Below, piece by piece: positions 1-15,600 of a stretch of DNA of 64,000 bases; the first letter of the stretch is position 1, and every line of letters begins with the position of its first letter. The notes below the pieces were generated by a model. It saw nothing but the letters and a program-made list of their open reading frames with translations, ran no database searches and was not told where the DNA came from. Source of the stretch: Eledone cirrhosa (lineage: Eukaryota); contig OZ024743.1 in NCBI GenBank assembly GCA_964016885.1, positions 321,532,001-321,596,000 of the forward strand, given 5' to 3'. A program made the position numbers and the translations under genes.

Positions 1-3000
1 ACATTGTGTTAAAGTGGAGCCACACAGCAACATTGTGCTGAAGTGGAGCCACATGGCAACATTGTGTTGAAGTGGAGCAACACAGCAACATTGTGCTGAA
101 GTGGAGCCACACAGCAACATCGTGCTGAAGTGGAACCACACAGCAACATTGTGTTGAAGTGGATCCACACAACAACATGGTGTTGAAGTGGAGCCACACA
201 GCAACATTGTGTTGACGTGGAGCCACATAGCAATATTGTGTTGAAGTGGATCGACATAGCAACATTGTGCTAAAGTGGATCGACATAGCAACATTGTGCT
301 GAAGTGGAGCCAAATAGCAACATTGTGCTGAAGGCAAGCCACACAGCAACATTGTGTTGAAGTGGAGCCACACAGCAACATTGTGATGAAGTGGAGCCAC
401 TCAGCAACATTGTGCTGAAGGGGAGCTACACAGCAACATTGTGTTGCAGTGGAGCCACACAGCAACATTGTGCTGAAGTCGAGCCACACAGCAATATTGT
501 GTTGAAGTGGAGCCACACAGCAACATTGTGTTGAAGTGGATCCACACAGCAACATTGTGCTGAAGTGGAGCCACACAGCAACATTGTGTTGAAGTGGAGC
601 CACACAGCAACATTGTGTTGAAGTGGAACCACACAGCAACATTGTGTTGAAGTGGAACCACACAGCAACATCGTGTCGAAGTGGAGCCACACAGCAATAT
701 TGTGTTGAAGTGGAGCCACACAGCAACCTTGTGTTGAAGTGGACCCACACAGCAACATTGTGTTGAAGTGGAGCCAAACAGCGCAAAATTGTGTTTAAGT
801 AGAGCCACATAGCAGCATTGTCCTGAAGTGGAACCACACAGCAACATTGTGCTGAAGTGGAGCTACACAGCAACATCGTGTTGAAGTGGAGCTACACAGC
901 ACATAGTGCTGAAGTGGAGCTACACAGCAACATTGTGCTGAAGTGGAGTCACACAGCAACATTGTGTTGAAGTGGAGTCACACGGCAATATTGTGTTGAC
1001 GTGGAGCCATGCAGCAACATTCTGCTGGAGTGGAGCAACACAGCAACATTGTGCTGAAGTGGAGCTACACAGCAACATTGTGCTGAAGTGGTGCCACACT
1101 GCAACATTGTGTTGAAGTGGAGCCACACAGCATCATTGTGCTGAAGTGAAGCCACATGGCATCATTGTGTTGAAGTGGTGCCACACAGCAACATTGTGCT
1201 GAAGTGGTGCCACACAGCAACATTGTGCTGAAGTGGAGCCACATAGCAACATTGTGTTGAAGTGGACCCACACAGCAATATTGTGTTGAAGTGGAGCGAC
1301 ATAGCAACATTGTGTTGAAGTGGAGCCACACATCAACATTGTGTTGAAGTGGAGCCACACAGCAACATTGTGTTGAAGTGGAGCCACATAGCAACATTGT
1401 GTTGAAGTGGAGACACACAGCAACATTGGGTTGGAGTGGTGTCACATAGCAACATTGTGTTGAAGTGGAGCCACACAGCAATATTGTGTTAAAGTGGAGC
1501 CACACAGCAACATTGTGCTGAAGTGGAGCCACACAGCAACATTGTGTTGAAGTGGAGCCACACAGCAACATCGTGCTGAAGTGGAACCACACAGCAACAT
1601 TGTGTTGAAGTGGATCAACACAACAACATGGTGTTGAAGTGGAGCCACACAGCAACATTGTGTTGACGTGTAGCCACATAGCAATATTGTGTTGAAGTGG
1701 ATCGACGTAGCAACATTGTGCTGAAGTGGATCGACATAGCAACATTGTGCTGAAGTGGAGCCAAATAGCAACATTGTGCTGAAGGCGATCCACACAGCAA
1801 CATTGTGTTGAAGTGGGGCCACACAGCAACATTGTGATGAAGTGGAGCCACTCAGCAACATTGTGCTGAAGGGGAGCTACACAGCAACCTTGTGTTGCAG
1901 TGGAGCCACACAGCAACATTGTGCTGAAGTTGAGCCACACAGCAATATTGTGTTGAAGTGGAGCCACACAGCAACATTGTGTTGAAGTGGATCCACACAG
2001 CAACATTGTGCTGAAGTGGAGCCACACAGCAACATTGTGTTGAAGTGGAGCCACACAGCAACATTGTGTTGAAGTGGAACCACACAGCAACATTGTGTTG
2101 AAGTGGAACCACACAGCAACATCGTGTCGAAGTGGAGCCACACAGCAACATTGTTTTGAAGTGGATCCACACAGCAACATTGAGCTGAAGTGGAGCCACA
2201 CAGCAACATTGTGTTGAAGTGGAGCCACACAGCAACATTGTGTTGAAGTGGAACCACACAGCAACATTGTGTTGAAGTGGAACCACACAGCAACATCGTG
2301 TCGAAGTGGAGCCACACAGCAATATTGTGTTGAAGTGGAGCCACACAGCAACATTGTGTTGAAGTGGAGCCACACAGCAACATTGTGTTGAAGTGGAGCC
2401 ACACAGCGCAAAATTGTGTTTAAGTAGAGCCACATAGCATCATTGTCCTGAAGTGGATCCACACAGCAACATTGTGCTGAAGTGGAGCTACACAGCAACA
2501 TTGTGTTGAAGTGGAGCTACACAGCAACATTGTGCTGAAGTGGAGTCACACAGCAACATTGTGTTGAAGTGGAGCCACATAGCAACATTGTGTTGAAGTG
2601 GACCCACACAGCAATATTGTGTTGAAGTGGAGCGACATAGCAACATTGTGCTGAAGTGGAGCCACATAGCAACATTGTGCTGAAGTGGAGCCACATAGCA
2701 ACATTGTGCTGAAGTGGAGCCACATAGCAACATTGTGCTGAAGTGGAGTCACACGGCAATATTGTGTTGACGTGGAGCCATGCAACAACATTCTGCTGGA
2801 GTGGAGCTACACAGCAACATTGTGCTGAAGTGGAGTCACACAGCAACATTGTGTTGAAGTGGAGCTACACAGCAACATTGTGCTGAAGTGGACCCACACA
2901 GCAATATTGTGTTGAAGTGGAGCGACATAGCAACATTGTGCTGAAGTGGAGCCACATAGCAACATTGTGCTGAAGTGGAGCCACATAGCAACATTGTGCT

Positions 3001-4950
3001 GAAGTGGAGCCACATAGCAACATTGTGCTGAAGTGGAGCCACACAGCAACATTGTGTTAAAGTGGAGCCACACAGCAACATTGTGCTGAAGTGGAGCCAC
3101 ATGGCAACATTGTGCTGAAGTGGAGTCACACAGCAACATTGTGTTGAAGTGGAGCCACACAACAACATGGTGTTGAAGTGGAGCCACACAGCAACATTGT
3201 GTTGACGTGGAGCCACATAGCAATATTGTGTTGAAGTGGATCGACATAGCAACATTGTGCTGAAGTGGAGCCAAATAGCAACATTGTGCTGAAGGCAAGC
3301 CACACAGCAACATTGTGTTGAAGTGGAGCCACACAGCAACATTGTGATGAAGTGGAGCCACTCAGCAACATTGTGCTGAAGGGGAGCTACACAGCAACAT
3401 TGTGTTGCAGTGTAGCCACACAGCAATATTGTGTTGAAGTGGAGCCACACAGCAACATTGTGTTGAAGTGGAGCCACACAGCAACATTGTGTTGAAGTGG
3501 AGCCACACAGCGCAAAATTGTGTTTAAGTAGAGCCACATAGCATCATTGTCCTGAAGTGGATCCACACAGCAACATTGTGCTGAAGTGGAGCTACACATC
3601 AACATTGTGTTGAAGTGGAGCTACACAGCAACATTGTGCTGAAGTGGAGTCACACAGCAACATTGTGTTGAAGTGGAGCCACATAGCAACATTGTGTTGA
3701 AGTGGACCCACACAGCAACATTGTGTTGAAGTGGAGTCACACGGCAATATTGTGTTGACGTGGAGCCATGCAACAACATTCTGCTGGAGTGGAGCTACAC
3801 AGCAACATTGTGCTGAAGTGGAGTCACACAGCAACATTGTGTTGAAGTGGAGCTACACAGCAACATTGTGCTGAAGTGGACCCACACAGCAATATTGTGT
3901 TGAAGTGGAGCGACATAGCAACATTGTGCTGAAGTGGAGCCACATAGCAACATTGTGCTGAAGTGGAGCCACATAGCAACATTGTGCTGAAGTGGAGCCA
4001 CATAGCAACATTGTGCTGAAGTGGAGCCACACAGCAACATTGTGTTAAAGTGGAGCCACACAGCAACATTGTGCTGAAGTGGATCCACATGGCAACATTG
4101 TGTTGAAGTGGAGCAACACAGCAACATTGTGCTGAAGTGGAGCCACACAGCAACATCGTGCTGAAGTGGAACCACACAGCAACATTGTGTTGAAGTGGAT
4201 CCACACAACAACATGGTGTTGAAGTGGAGCCACACAGCAACATTGTGTTGACGTGGAGCCACATAGCAATATTGTGTTGAAGTGGATCGACATAGCAACA
4301 TTGTGCTGAAGTGGATCGACATAGCAACATTGTGCTGAAGTGGAGCCAAATAGCAACATTGTGCTGAAGGCAAGCCACACAGCAACATTGTGTTGAAGTG
4401 GAGCCACACAGCAACATTGTGATGAAGTGGAGCCACTCAGCAACATTGTGCTGAAGGGGAGCTACACAGCAACATTGTGTTGCAGTGGAGCCACACAGCA
4501 ACATTGTGCTGAAGTCGAGCCACACAGCAATATTGTGTTGAAGTGGAGTCACACAGCAACATTGTGTTGAAGTGGATCCACACAGCAACATTGTGCTGAA
4601 GTGGAGCCACACAGCAACATTGTGTTGAAGTGGATCCACACAGCAACATTGTGTTGAAGTGGAACCACACAGCAACATTGTGTTGAAGTGGAGCCAAACA
4701 GCGCAAAATTGTGTTTAAGTAGAGCCACATAGCAGCATTGTCCTGAAGTGGAACCACACAGCAACATTGTGCTGAAGTGGAGCTACACAGCAACATCGTG
4801 TTGAAGTGGAGCTACACAGCACATGGTGCTGAAGTGGAGCTACACAGCAACATTGTGCTGAAGTGGAGTCACACAGCAACATTGTGTTGAAGTGTAGTCA
4901 CACGGCAATATTGTGTTGACGTGGAGCCATGCAGCAACATTCTGCTGGAG
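1..4950 (+). repeat. Irregular ~1.0-1.5 kb higher-order repeats (about 4 copies)
   Basis: The ordered marker series GGATCGACATAG, GCCAAATAG, AAGGC(A/G)A, GTGATGAAG..CCACTCAG, AAGGGGAGCT, TTGCAGTG recurs near 250-450, 1700-1900, 3240-3415 and 4285-4490. Confidence 0.85.
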
Positions 4951-5149
4951 TGGAGCTACACAGCAACATTGTGCTGAAGTGGAGCTACACAGCAACATTG
5001 TGCTGAAGTGGGGCCACACAGCAACATTGTGCTGAAGTGGAGCCACATAGCAACATTGTCCTGATGTCGAGCCACACAGCAACATTTTGTTGAAGTGGAG
5101 CCACACAGCAACATTGTGTTGAAGTGGAGCCACACAGCAACATTTTGAT

Positions 5150-8100
5150 GAAGTGGATCCACACAGCAACATTGTGCTGAAGTGGAGCCACACAGCAACA
5201 TTGTGTTGAAGTGGAGCCACACAGCAAAATTGTGTTGAAGTGGAGCCACACAGCAACATTGTGTTGAAGTGGAGCCACACAGCAACATGGTGTTGAAGTG
5301 GAGTCACACAGCGCAAAATTGTGTTTAAGTAGAGCCACATAGCAACATTGTCCTGAAGTGGAACCACACAGCAACATTGTGCTGAAGTGGAGCTACACAG
5401 CAACATTGTGTTGAAGTGGAGCTACACAGCAATATTGTGCTGAAGTGGAGCTACACAGCAACATTGTGCTGAAGTGGAGTCACACAGCAACATTGTGTTG
5501 AAGTGGAGTCACACGGCAATATTGTGTTGACGTGGAGCCATGCAGCAACATTCTGCTGGAGTGGAGCTACACAGCAACATTGTGCTGAAGTGGAGCTACA
5601 CAGCAACATTGTGCTGAAGTGGAGTCACACAGCAACATTGTGTTGAAGTGGAGCTACACAGCAACATTGTGCTGAAGTGGAACCACACAGCAACATTGTG
5701 TTGAAGTGGTGCTACACAGCAACATTGTGTTGAAGTGGACCCACACAGCAGCATTGTCCTGAAGTGGAACCACACAGCAACATTGTGCTGAAGTGGAGCT
5801 ACACAGAAACATTGTGTTGAAGTGGAGCTACACAGCAACATTGTGCTGAAGTGGAGCTACACAGCAACATTGTGCTGAAGTGGAGTCACACAGCAACATT
5901 GTGTTGAAGTGGAGCTACACAGCAACATTGAGCTGAAGTGGAACCAAACAGCAACATTGTGTTGAAGTGGTGCTACACAGCAACATTGTGTTGAAGTGGA
6001 GCCACACAGCAACACTGTGCTGAAGTGGAGCCACACAGCAACATTGTGCTGAAGTCGAGCCACATAGCAACATTGTGCTGAAATGGAGCCACATAGCAAC
6101 ATTGTGCTGAAGTGGAGCCACATATCAATATCGTTTTGAAGTGGAGCCACACAGCAACATTGTGCTGAAGTGGAGCCACATAGCAACATTGTCCTGATGT
6201 CGAGTCACACAGCAACATTTTGTTGAAGTGGAGCCACACAGCAACATTGTGTTGAAGTGGAGCCACACAGCAACATTGTGTTGAAGTGGATCCACACAGC
6301 AACATTGTGCTGAAGTGGAGCCACACAGCAACATTGTGTTGAAGTGGAGCCACACAGCAACATTGTGTTGAAGTGGAGCCACACAGCAACATTGTGTTGA
6401 AGTGGAGCCACACAGCAACATGGTGTTGAAGTGGAGCCACACAGCGCAAAATTGTGTTTAATAGAGCCACATAGCAGCATTGTCCTGAAGTGGAACCACA
6501 CAGCAACATTGAGCTGAAGTGGAGCTACACAGCAACATTGTGTTGAAGTGGAGCTACACAGCAACATTGTGCTGAAGTGGAGCTACACAGCAACATTGTG
6601 CTGAAGTGAATCACACAGCAACATTGTGTTGAAGTGGAGTCACACGGCAATATTGTATTGACGTGGAGCCATGCAGCAACATTCTGCTGGAGTGGAGCTA
6701 CACAGCAACATTGTGCTCAAGTGGAGCTACACAGCAACATTGTGCTGAAGTGGAGTCACACAGCAACATTGTGTTGAAGTGGAGCTACACAGCAACATTG
6801 TGCTGAAGTGGAACCACACAGCAACATTGTGTTGAAGTGGAAATACACAGCAACATTGTGCTGAAGTGGAGCTACACAGCAACATTGTGCTGAAGTGGAG
6901 CTACAAAGCAACATTGTGCTGAAGTGGAGTCACACAGCAACATTGTGTTGAAGTGGAGCCATGCAGCAACATTCTGCTGGAGTGGAGATACACAGCAACA
7001 TTGTGCTGAAGTGGAGCTACACAGCAACATTGTGCTGAAGTGGAGTCACACAGCAACATTGTGTTGAAGTGGAGCTACACAGCAACATTGTGCTGAAGTG
7101 GAACCACACAGCAACATTGTGTTTAAGTGGTGCCACACAGCAACATCGTGTTGAAGTGGACCCACACAGCAACATTGTGCTGAAGTGGAACCACACAGCA
7201 ACATTGTGTTGAAGTGGAGCCACACAGCAACATTGTGTTGAAGGGGAGCCACACAGCAACATTGTGTTGAAGTGGAGCCACACAGCATCATTGTGCTGAA
7301 GTGGAGCCACATGGCATCATTTGTTGAAGTGGTGCCACACAGCAACATTGTGCTGAAGTGGATCCACACAGCAACATTGTGCTGAAGTGGACCCACACAG
7401 CAATATTGTGTTGAAGTGGAGCGACATAGCAACATTGTGCTGAAGTGGAGCCACATAGCAACATTGTGCTGAAGTGGAGCCACATAGCAACATTGTGCTG
7501 AAGTGGAGCCACACAGCAACATTGTGTTAAAGTGGAGCCACACAGCAACATTGTGCTGAAGTGGAGCCACATGGCAACATTGTGTTGAAGTGGAGCAACA
7601 CAGCAACATTGTGCTGAAGTGGATCCACACAGCAACATCGTGCTGAAGTGGAATCACACAGCAACATTGTGTTGAAGTGGATCCACACAACAACATGGTG
7701 TTGAAGTGGAGCCACACAGCAACATTGTGTTGAAGTGGAGCCACATAGCAATATTGTGCTGAAGTGGAGCCACATGGCATCATTGTGTTGAAGTGGTGCC
7801 ACACAGCAACATTGTGCTGAAGTGGATCGACATAGCAACATTGTGCTGAAGTGGATCGACATAGCAACATTGTGCTGAAGTGGAGCCAAATAGCAACATT
7901 GTGCTGAAGGCGAGCCACACAGCAACATTGTGTTGAAGTGGAGCCACACAGCAACATTGTGATGAAGTGGAGCCACTCAGCAACATTGTGCTGAAGGGGA
8001 GCTACACAGCAACATTGTGTTGCAGTGGATACCACACAGCAACATTGTGCTGAAGTGGAGCCACACAGCAACATTGTGTTGAAGTGGATCCACACAGCAA

Positions 8101-11100
8101 CATTGTGCTGAAGTGGAGCCACACAGCAACATTGTGTTGAAGTGGTCCCACACAGCAACATTGTGTTGAAGTGGAACCACACAGCAACATTGTGTTGAAG
8201 TGGAACCACACAGCAACATCGTGTTGAAGTGGAGCCACACAGCAATATTGTGTTGAAGTGGAGCCACACAGCAACATTGTGTTGAAGTGGAGCCACACAG
8301 CAACATTGAGTTGAAGTGGAGCCACACAGCGCAAAATTGTGTTTAAGTAGAGTCACATAGCAGCATTGTCCTGAAGTGGAACCACACAGCAACATTGTGC
8401 TGAAGTGGAGCTACACAGCAACATTGTGTTGAAGTGGAGCTACACAGCAACATGGTGCTGAAGTGGAGCTACACAGCAACATTGTGCTGAAGTGGAGTCA
8501 CACAGCAACATTGTGCTGAAGTGGAGTCACACGGCAATATTGTGTTGACGTGGAGCCATGCAGCAACATTCTGCTGGAGTGGAGCCACACAGCAACATTG
8601 TGCTGAAGTGGAGCTACACAGCAACATTGTGCTGAAGTGGAGTCACACAGCAACATTGTGTTGAAGTGGAGCTACACAGCAACATTGTGCTGAAGTGGAA
8701 CCACACAGCAACATTGTGTTGAAGTGGTGCTACACAGCAACATTGTGTTGAAGTGGACCCACACAGCAACATTGTGCTGAAGTGGATCCACACAGCAACA
8801 TTGTGCTGAAGTGGAGCCACACAGCAACATTGTGTTGAAGTGGAGCCACACAGCAAAATTGTGTTGAAGTGGAGCCACACAGCAACATTGTGTTGAAGTG
8901 GAGCCACACAGCAACATGGTGTTGAAGTGGAGCCACACAGCGCAAAATTGTGTTTAAGTAGAGCCACATAGCAACATTGTCCTGAAGTGGAACCACACAG
9001 CAACATTGTGCTGAAGTGGAGCTACACAGCAACATTGTGTTGAAGTGGAGCTACACAGCAATATTGTGCTGAAGTGGAGCTACACAGCAACATTGTGCTG
9101 AAGTGGAGTCATACAGCAACATTGTGTTGAAGTGGAGTCACACGGCAATATTGTGTTGACGTGGAGCCATGCAGCAACATTCTGCTGGAGTGGAGCTACA
9201 CAGCAACATTGTGCTGAAGTGGAGCTACACAGCAACATTGTGCTGAAGTGGAGTCACACAGCAACATTGTGTTGAAGTGGAGCTACACAGCAACATTGTG
9301 CTGAAGTGGAACCACACAGCAACATTGTGCTGAAGTGGAACCACACAGCAACATTGTGTTGAAGTGGTGCTACACAGCAACATTGTGTTGAAGTGGACCC
9401 ACACAGCAGCATTGTCCTGAAGTGGAACCACACAGCAACATTGTGCTGAAGTGGAGCTACACAGAAACATTGTGTTGAAGTGGAGCTACACAGCAACATT
9501 GTGCTGAAGTGGAGCTACACAGCAACATTGTGCTGAAGTGGAGTCACACAGCAACATTGTGTTGAAGTGGAGCTACACAGCAACATTGAGCTGAAGTGGA
9601 ACCAAACAGCAACATTGTGTTGAAGTGGTGCTACACAGCAACATTGTGTTGAAGTGGAGCCACACAGCAACACTGTGCTGAAGTGGAGCCACACAGCAAC
9701 ATTGTGCTGAAGTCGAGCCACATAGCAACATTGTGCTGAAATGGAGCCACATAGCAACATTGTGCTGAAGTGGAGCCACATATCAATATCGTTTTGAAGT
9801 GGAGCCACACAGCAACATTGTGCTGAAGTGGAGCCACATAGCAACATTGTCCTGATGTCGAGTCACACAGCAACATTTTGTTGAAGTGGAGCCACACAGC
9901 AACATTGTGTTGAAGTGGAGCCACACAGCAACATTGTGTTGAATTGGAGCGACACAGCAACATTGTGCTAAAGTGGAGCCACACAGCAACATTGTGTTGA
10001 AGTGGAGCCACACAGCAACATTGTGTTGAAGTGGAGCCACACAGCAACATTGTGTTGAAGTGGAGCCACACAGCAACATGGTGTTGAAGTGGAGCCACAC
10101 AGCGCAAAATTGTGTTTAATAGAGCCACATAGCAGCATTGTCCTGAAGTGGAACCACACAGCAACATTGAGCTGAAGTGGAGCTACACAGCAACATTGTG
10201 TTGAAGTGGAGCTACACAGCAACATTGTGCTGAAGTGGAGCTACACAGCAACATTGTGCTGAAGTGAATCACACAGCAACATTGTGTTGAAGTGGAGTCA
10301 CACGGCAATATTGTATTGACGTGGAGCCATGCAGCAACATTCTGCTGGAGTGGAGCTACACAGCAACATTGTGCTCAAGTGGAGCTACACAGCAACATTG
10401 TGCTGAAGTGGAGTCACACAGCAACATTGTGTTGAAGTGGAGCTACACAGCAACATTGTGCTGAAGTGGAACCACACAGCAACATTGTGTTGAAGTGGAA
10501 ATACACAGCAACATTGTGCTGAAGTGGAGCTACACAGCAACATTGTGCTGAAGTGGAGCTACAAAGCAACATTGTGCTGAAGTGGAGTCACACAGCAACA
10601 TTGTGTTGAAGTGGAGTCACACAGCAATATTGTGCTGACGTGGAGCCATGCAGCAACATTCTGCTGGAGTGGAGATACACAGCAACATTGTGCTGAAGTG
10701 GAGCTACACAGCAACATTGTGCTGAAGTGGAGTCACACAGCAACATTGTGTTGAAGTGGAGCTACACAGCAACATTGTGCTGAAGTGGAACCACACAGCA
10801 ACATTGTGTTGAAGTGGTGCCACACAGCAACATTGTGTTGAAGTGGACCCACACAGCAACATTGTGCTGAAGTGGAACCACACAGCAACATTGTGTTGAA
10901 GTGGAGCCACACAGCAACATTGTGTTGAAGGGGAGCCACACAGCAACATTGTGTTGAAGTGGAGCCACACAGCATCATTGTGCTGAAGTGGAGCCACATG
11001 GCATCATTTGTTGAAGTGGTGCCACACAGCAACATTGTGCTGAAGTGGATCCACACAGCAACATTGTGCTGAAGTGGAGCCACATAGCAACATTGTGTTG

Positions 11101-12470
11101 AAGTGGACCCACACAGCAATATTGTGTTGAAGTGGAGCGACATAGCAACATTGTGCTGAAGTGGAGCCACATAGCAACATTGTGCTGAAGTGGAGCCACA
11201 TAGCAACATTGTGCTGAAGTGGAGCCACACAGCAACATTGTGTTAAAGTGGAGCCACACAGCAACATTGTGCTGAAGTGGAGCCACATGGCAACATTGTG
11301 TTGAAGTGGAGCAACACAGCAACATTGTGCTGAAGTGGATCCACACAGCAACATCGTGCTGAAGTGGAACCACACAGCAACATTGTGTTGAAGTGGATCC
11401 ACACAACAACATGGTGTTGAAGTGGAGCCACACAGCAACATTGTGTTGAAGTGGAGCCACATAGCAATATTGTGCTGAAGTGGAGCCACATGGCATCATT
11501 GTGTTGAAGTGGTGTCACACAGCAACATTGTGCTGAAGTGGATCGACATAGCAACATTGTGCTGAAGTGGATCGACATAGCAACATTGTGCTGAAGTGGA
11601 GCCAAATAGCAACATTGTGCTGAAGGCGAGCCACACAGCAACATTGTGTTGAAGTGGAGCCACACAGCAACATTGTGATGAAGTGGAGCCACTCAGCAAC
11701 ATTGTGCTGAAGGGGAGCTACACAGCAACATTGTGTTGCAGTGGATACCACACAGCAACATTGTGCTGAAGTGGAGCCACACAGCAACATTGTGTTGAAG
11801 TGGATCCACACAGCAACATTGTGCTGAAGTGGAGCCACACAGCAACATTGTGTTGAAGTGGAGCCACACAGCAACATTGTGTTGAAGTGGAACCACACAG
11901 CAACATCGTGTTGAAGTGGACCCACACAGCAATATTGTGTTGAAGTGGAGCCACACAGCAACATTGTGTTGAAGTGGAGCCACACAGCAACATTGTGTTG
12001 AAGTGGAGCCACACAGCGCAAAATTGTGTTTAAGTAGAGTCACATAGCAGCATTGTCCTGAAGTGGAACCACACAGCAACATTGTGCTGAAGTGGAGCTA
12101 CACAGCAACATTGTGTTGAAGTGGAGCTACACAGCAACATGGTGCTGAAGTGGAGCTACACAGCAACATTGTGCTGAAGTGGAGTCACACAGCAACATTG
12201 TGCTGAAGTGGAGTCACACGGCAATATTGTGTTGACGTGGAGCCATGCAGCAACATTCTGCTGGAGTGGAGCCACACAGCAACATTGTGCTGAAGTGGAG
12301 CTACACAGCAACATTGTGCTGAAGTGGAGTCACACAGCAACATTGTGTTGAAGTGGAGCTACACAGCAACATTGTGCTGAAGTGGAACCACACAGCAACA
12401 TTGTGTTGAAGTGGTGCTACACAGCAACATTGTGTTGAAGTGGACCCACACAGCAACATTGTGCTGAAGT
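5150..12470 (+). repeat. Tandem duplication, unit ~3.66-3.72 kb (2 copies; boundaries approximate)
   Basis: Matching ORF and marker pairs at offsets 3658 (5857/9515, 5973/9631), 3687 (7017/10704, 8614/12301) and 3716 (7527/11243). The offsets differ in steps of 29. Confidence 0.9.
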
Positions 12471-12649
12471 GGAACCACACAGCAACATTGTGTTGAAGTG
12501 GATCCACACAGCAACATTGTGTTGAAGGGGAGCCACACAGCAACATTGTGTTGAAGTGGACCCACACAGCAACATTGTGGTGAAGTGGAGCTACACAGCA
12601 ACATTGTGCTGAAGTGGAGCTACATAGCAACATTGTGCTGAAGTGGAGT

Positions 12650-15600
12650 CACACAGCAACATTGTGTTGAAGTGGAGTCACACGGCAATATTGTGTTGAC
12701 GTGGAGCCATGCAGCAACATTCTGCTGGAGTGGAGCTACACAGCAACATTGTGCTGAAGTGGAGCTACACAGCAACATTGTGCTGAAGTGGAGTCACACA
12801 GCAACATTGTGCTGAAGTGGAGTCACACAGCAACATTGTGCTGAAGTGGACCCACACAGCAATATTGTGTTGAAGTGGAGCGACATAGCAACATTGTGCT
12901 GAAGTGGAGCCACATAGCAACATTGTGCTGAAGTGGAGCCACACAGCAACATTGTGTTGAAGTGGAGCCACATAGCAACATTGTCCTGAAGTGGAGCCAC
13001 ACAGCAACATTGTGTTGAGGTGGAACCACAAAGCAACATCGTGTTGAAGTGGAGCCACACAGCAAAATTGTGTTGAAGTGGAGCCACACAGCATCATTGT
13101 GCTGAAGTGGTCCCACATGGCATCATTGTGTTGAAGGGGAGCCACACAGCAACATTGTGCTGAAGTGGAGCCACACAGCAACATTGTGCTGAAGTGGAGC
13201 CACATAGCAACATTGTGTTGAAGTGGACCCACACAGCAATATTGTGTTGAATTGGAGCGACATAGCAACATTGTGCTGAAGTGGAGCAACATAGCAACAT
13301 TGTGCTGAAGTGGAGCTACACAGCAACATTGTGCTGAAGTGGAGTCACACAGCAACATTGTGTTGAAGTGGAGACACACGGCAATATTGTGTTGACGTGG
13401 CGCCATGCAGCAACATTCTGCTGGAGTGGAGCTACACAGCAACATTGTGCTGAAGTGGAGCTACACAGCAACATTGTGCTGAAGTGGAGTCACACAGCAA
13501 CATTGTGTTGAAGTGGAGCTACACAGCAACATTGTGCTGAAGTGGAACCACACAGCAACGTTATGCTGAAGTGGAACCACACAGCTACATTGTGTTGAAG
13601 TGGACCCACACAGCAACATTGTGCTGAAGAGGAACCACACAGCAACATTGTGTTGAAGTGGATCCACACAGCAACATTGTGCTGAAGTGGACCCACACGG
13701 CAATATTGTGTTGAAGTGGAGCGACATAGCAACATTGTGCTGAAATGGAGCCACATAGCAACATTGTGCTGAAGTGGAGCCACACAGCAACATTGTGTTG
13801 AAGTGGAGCCACACAGCAACATTGTGCTGAAGTGGAGCCACATAGCAACATTGTCCTGATGTCGAGCCACACAGCAACATTTTGTTGAAGTGGAGCCACA
13901 CAGCAACATTGTGTTGAAGTGGAGCCACACAGCAACATTGTGATGAAGTGGATCCACACAGCAACATTGTGCTGAAGTGGAGCCACACAGCAACATTGTG
14001 TTGAAGTGGAGCCACACAGCAAAATTGTGTTGAAGTGGAGCCACACAGCAACATTGTGTTGAAGTGGAGCCACAAAGCAACATGGTGTTGAAGTGGAGCC
14101 ACACAGCGCAAAATTGTGTTTAAGTAGAGCCACATAGCAGCATTGTCCTGAAGTGGAACCACACTGCAACATTGTGCTGAAGTGGAGATACACAGCAACA
14201 TTGTGTTGAAGTGGAGCTACACAGCAACATTGTGCTGAAGTGGAGCTACACAGCAACATTGTGCTGAAGTGGAGTCACACAGCAACATTGTGTTGAAGTG
14301 GAGTCACACGGCAATATTGTGTTGACGTGGAGCCATGCAGCAACATTCTGCTGGAGTGGAGCTACACAGCAACATTGTGCTGAAGTGGAGCTACACAGCA
14401 ACATTGTGCTGAAGTGGAGTCACACAGCAACATTGTGTTGAAGTGGAGCTACACAGCAACATTGTGCTGAAGTGGAACCACACAGCAACATTGTGTTGAA
14501 GTGGTGCTACACAGCAACATTGTGTTGAAGTGGACCCACACAGCAGCATTGTCCTGAAGTGGAACCACACAGCAACATTGTGCTGAAGTGGAGCTACACA
14601 GAAACATTGTGTTGAAGTGGAGCTACACAGCAACATTGTGCTGAAGTGGAGCTACACAGCAACATTGTGCTGAAGTGGAGTCACACGGCAATATTGTGTT
14701 GACGTGGAGCCATGCAGCAACATTCTGCTGGAGTGGAGCTACACAGCAACATTGTGCTGAAGTGGAGCTACACAGCAACATTGTGTTGAAGTGGAGCTAC
14801 ACAGCAACATTGTGCTGAAGTGGAGCTACACAGCAACATTGTGTTGAAGTGGAGTCACACGGCAATATTGTGTTGACGTGGAGCCATGCAGCAACATTCT
14901 GCTGGAGTGGAGCTACACAGCAACATTGTGCTGAAGTGGAGCTACACAGCAACATTGTGCTGAAGTGGAGTCACACAGCAACATTGTGCTGAAGTGGAGT
15001 CACACAGCAACATTGTGCTGAAGTGGACCCACACAGCAATATTGTGTTGAAGTGGAGCGACATAGCAACATTGTGCTGAAGTGGAGCCACATAGCAACAT
15101 TGTGCTGAAGTGGAGCCACACAGCAACATTGTGTTGAAGTGGAGCCACATAGCAACATTGTCCTGAAGTGGAGCCACACAGCAACATTGTGTTGAGGTGG
15201 AACCACAAAGCAACATCGTGTTGAAGTGGAGCCACACAGCAAAATTGTGTTGAAGTGGAGCCACACAGCATCATTGTGCTGAAGTGGTCCCACATGGCAT
15301 CATTGTGTTGAAGGGGAGCCACACAGCAACATTGTGCTGAAGTGGAGCCACACAGCAACATTGTGCTGAAGTGGAGCCACATAGCAACATTGTGTTGAAG
15401 TGGACCCACACAGCAATATTGTGTTGAATTGGAGCGACATAGCAACATTGTGCTGAAGTGGAGCAACATAGCAACATTGTGCTGAAGTGGAGCTACACAG
15501 CAACATTGTGCTGAAGTGGAGTCACACAGCAACATTGTGTTGAAGTGGAGACACACGGCAATATTGTGTTGACGTGGCGCCATGCAGCAACATTCTGCTG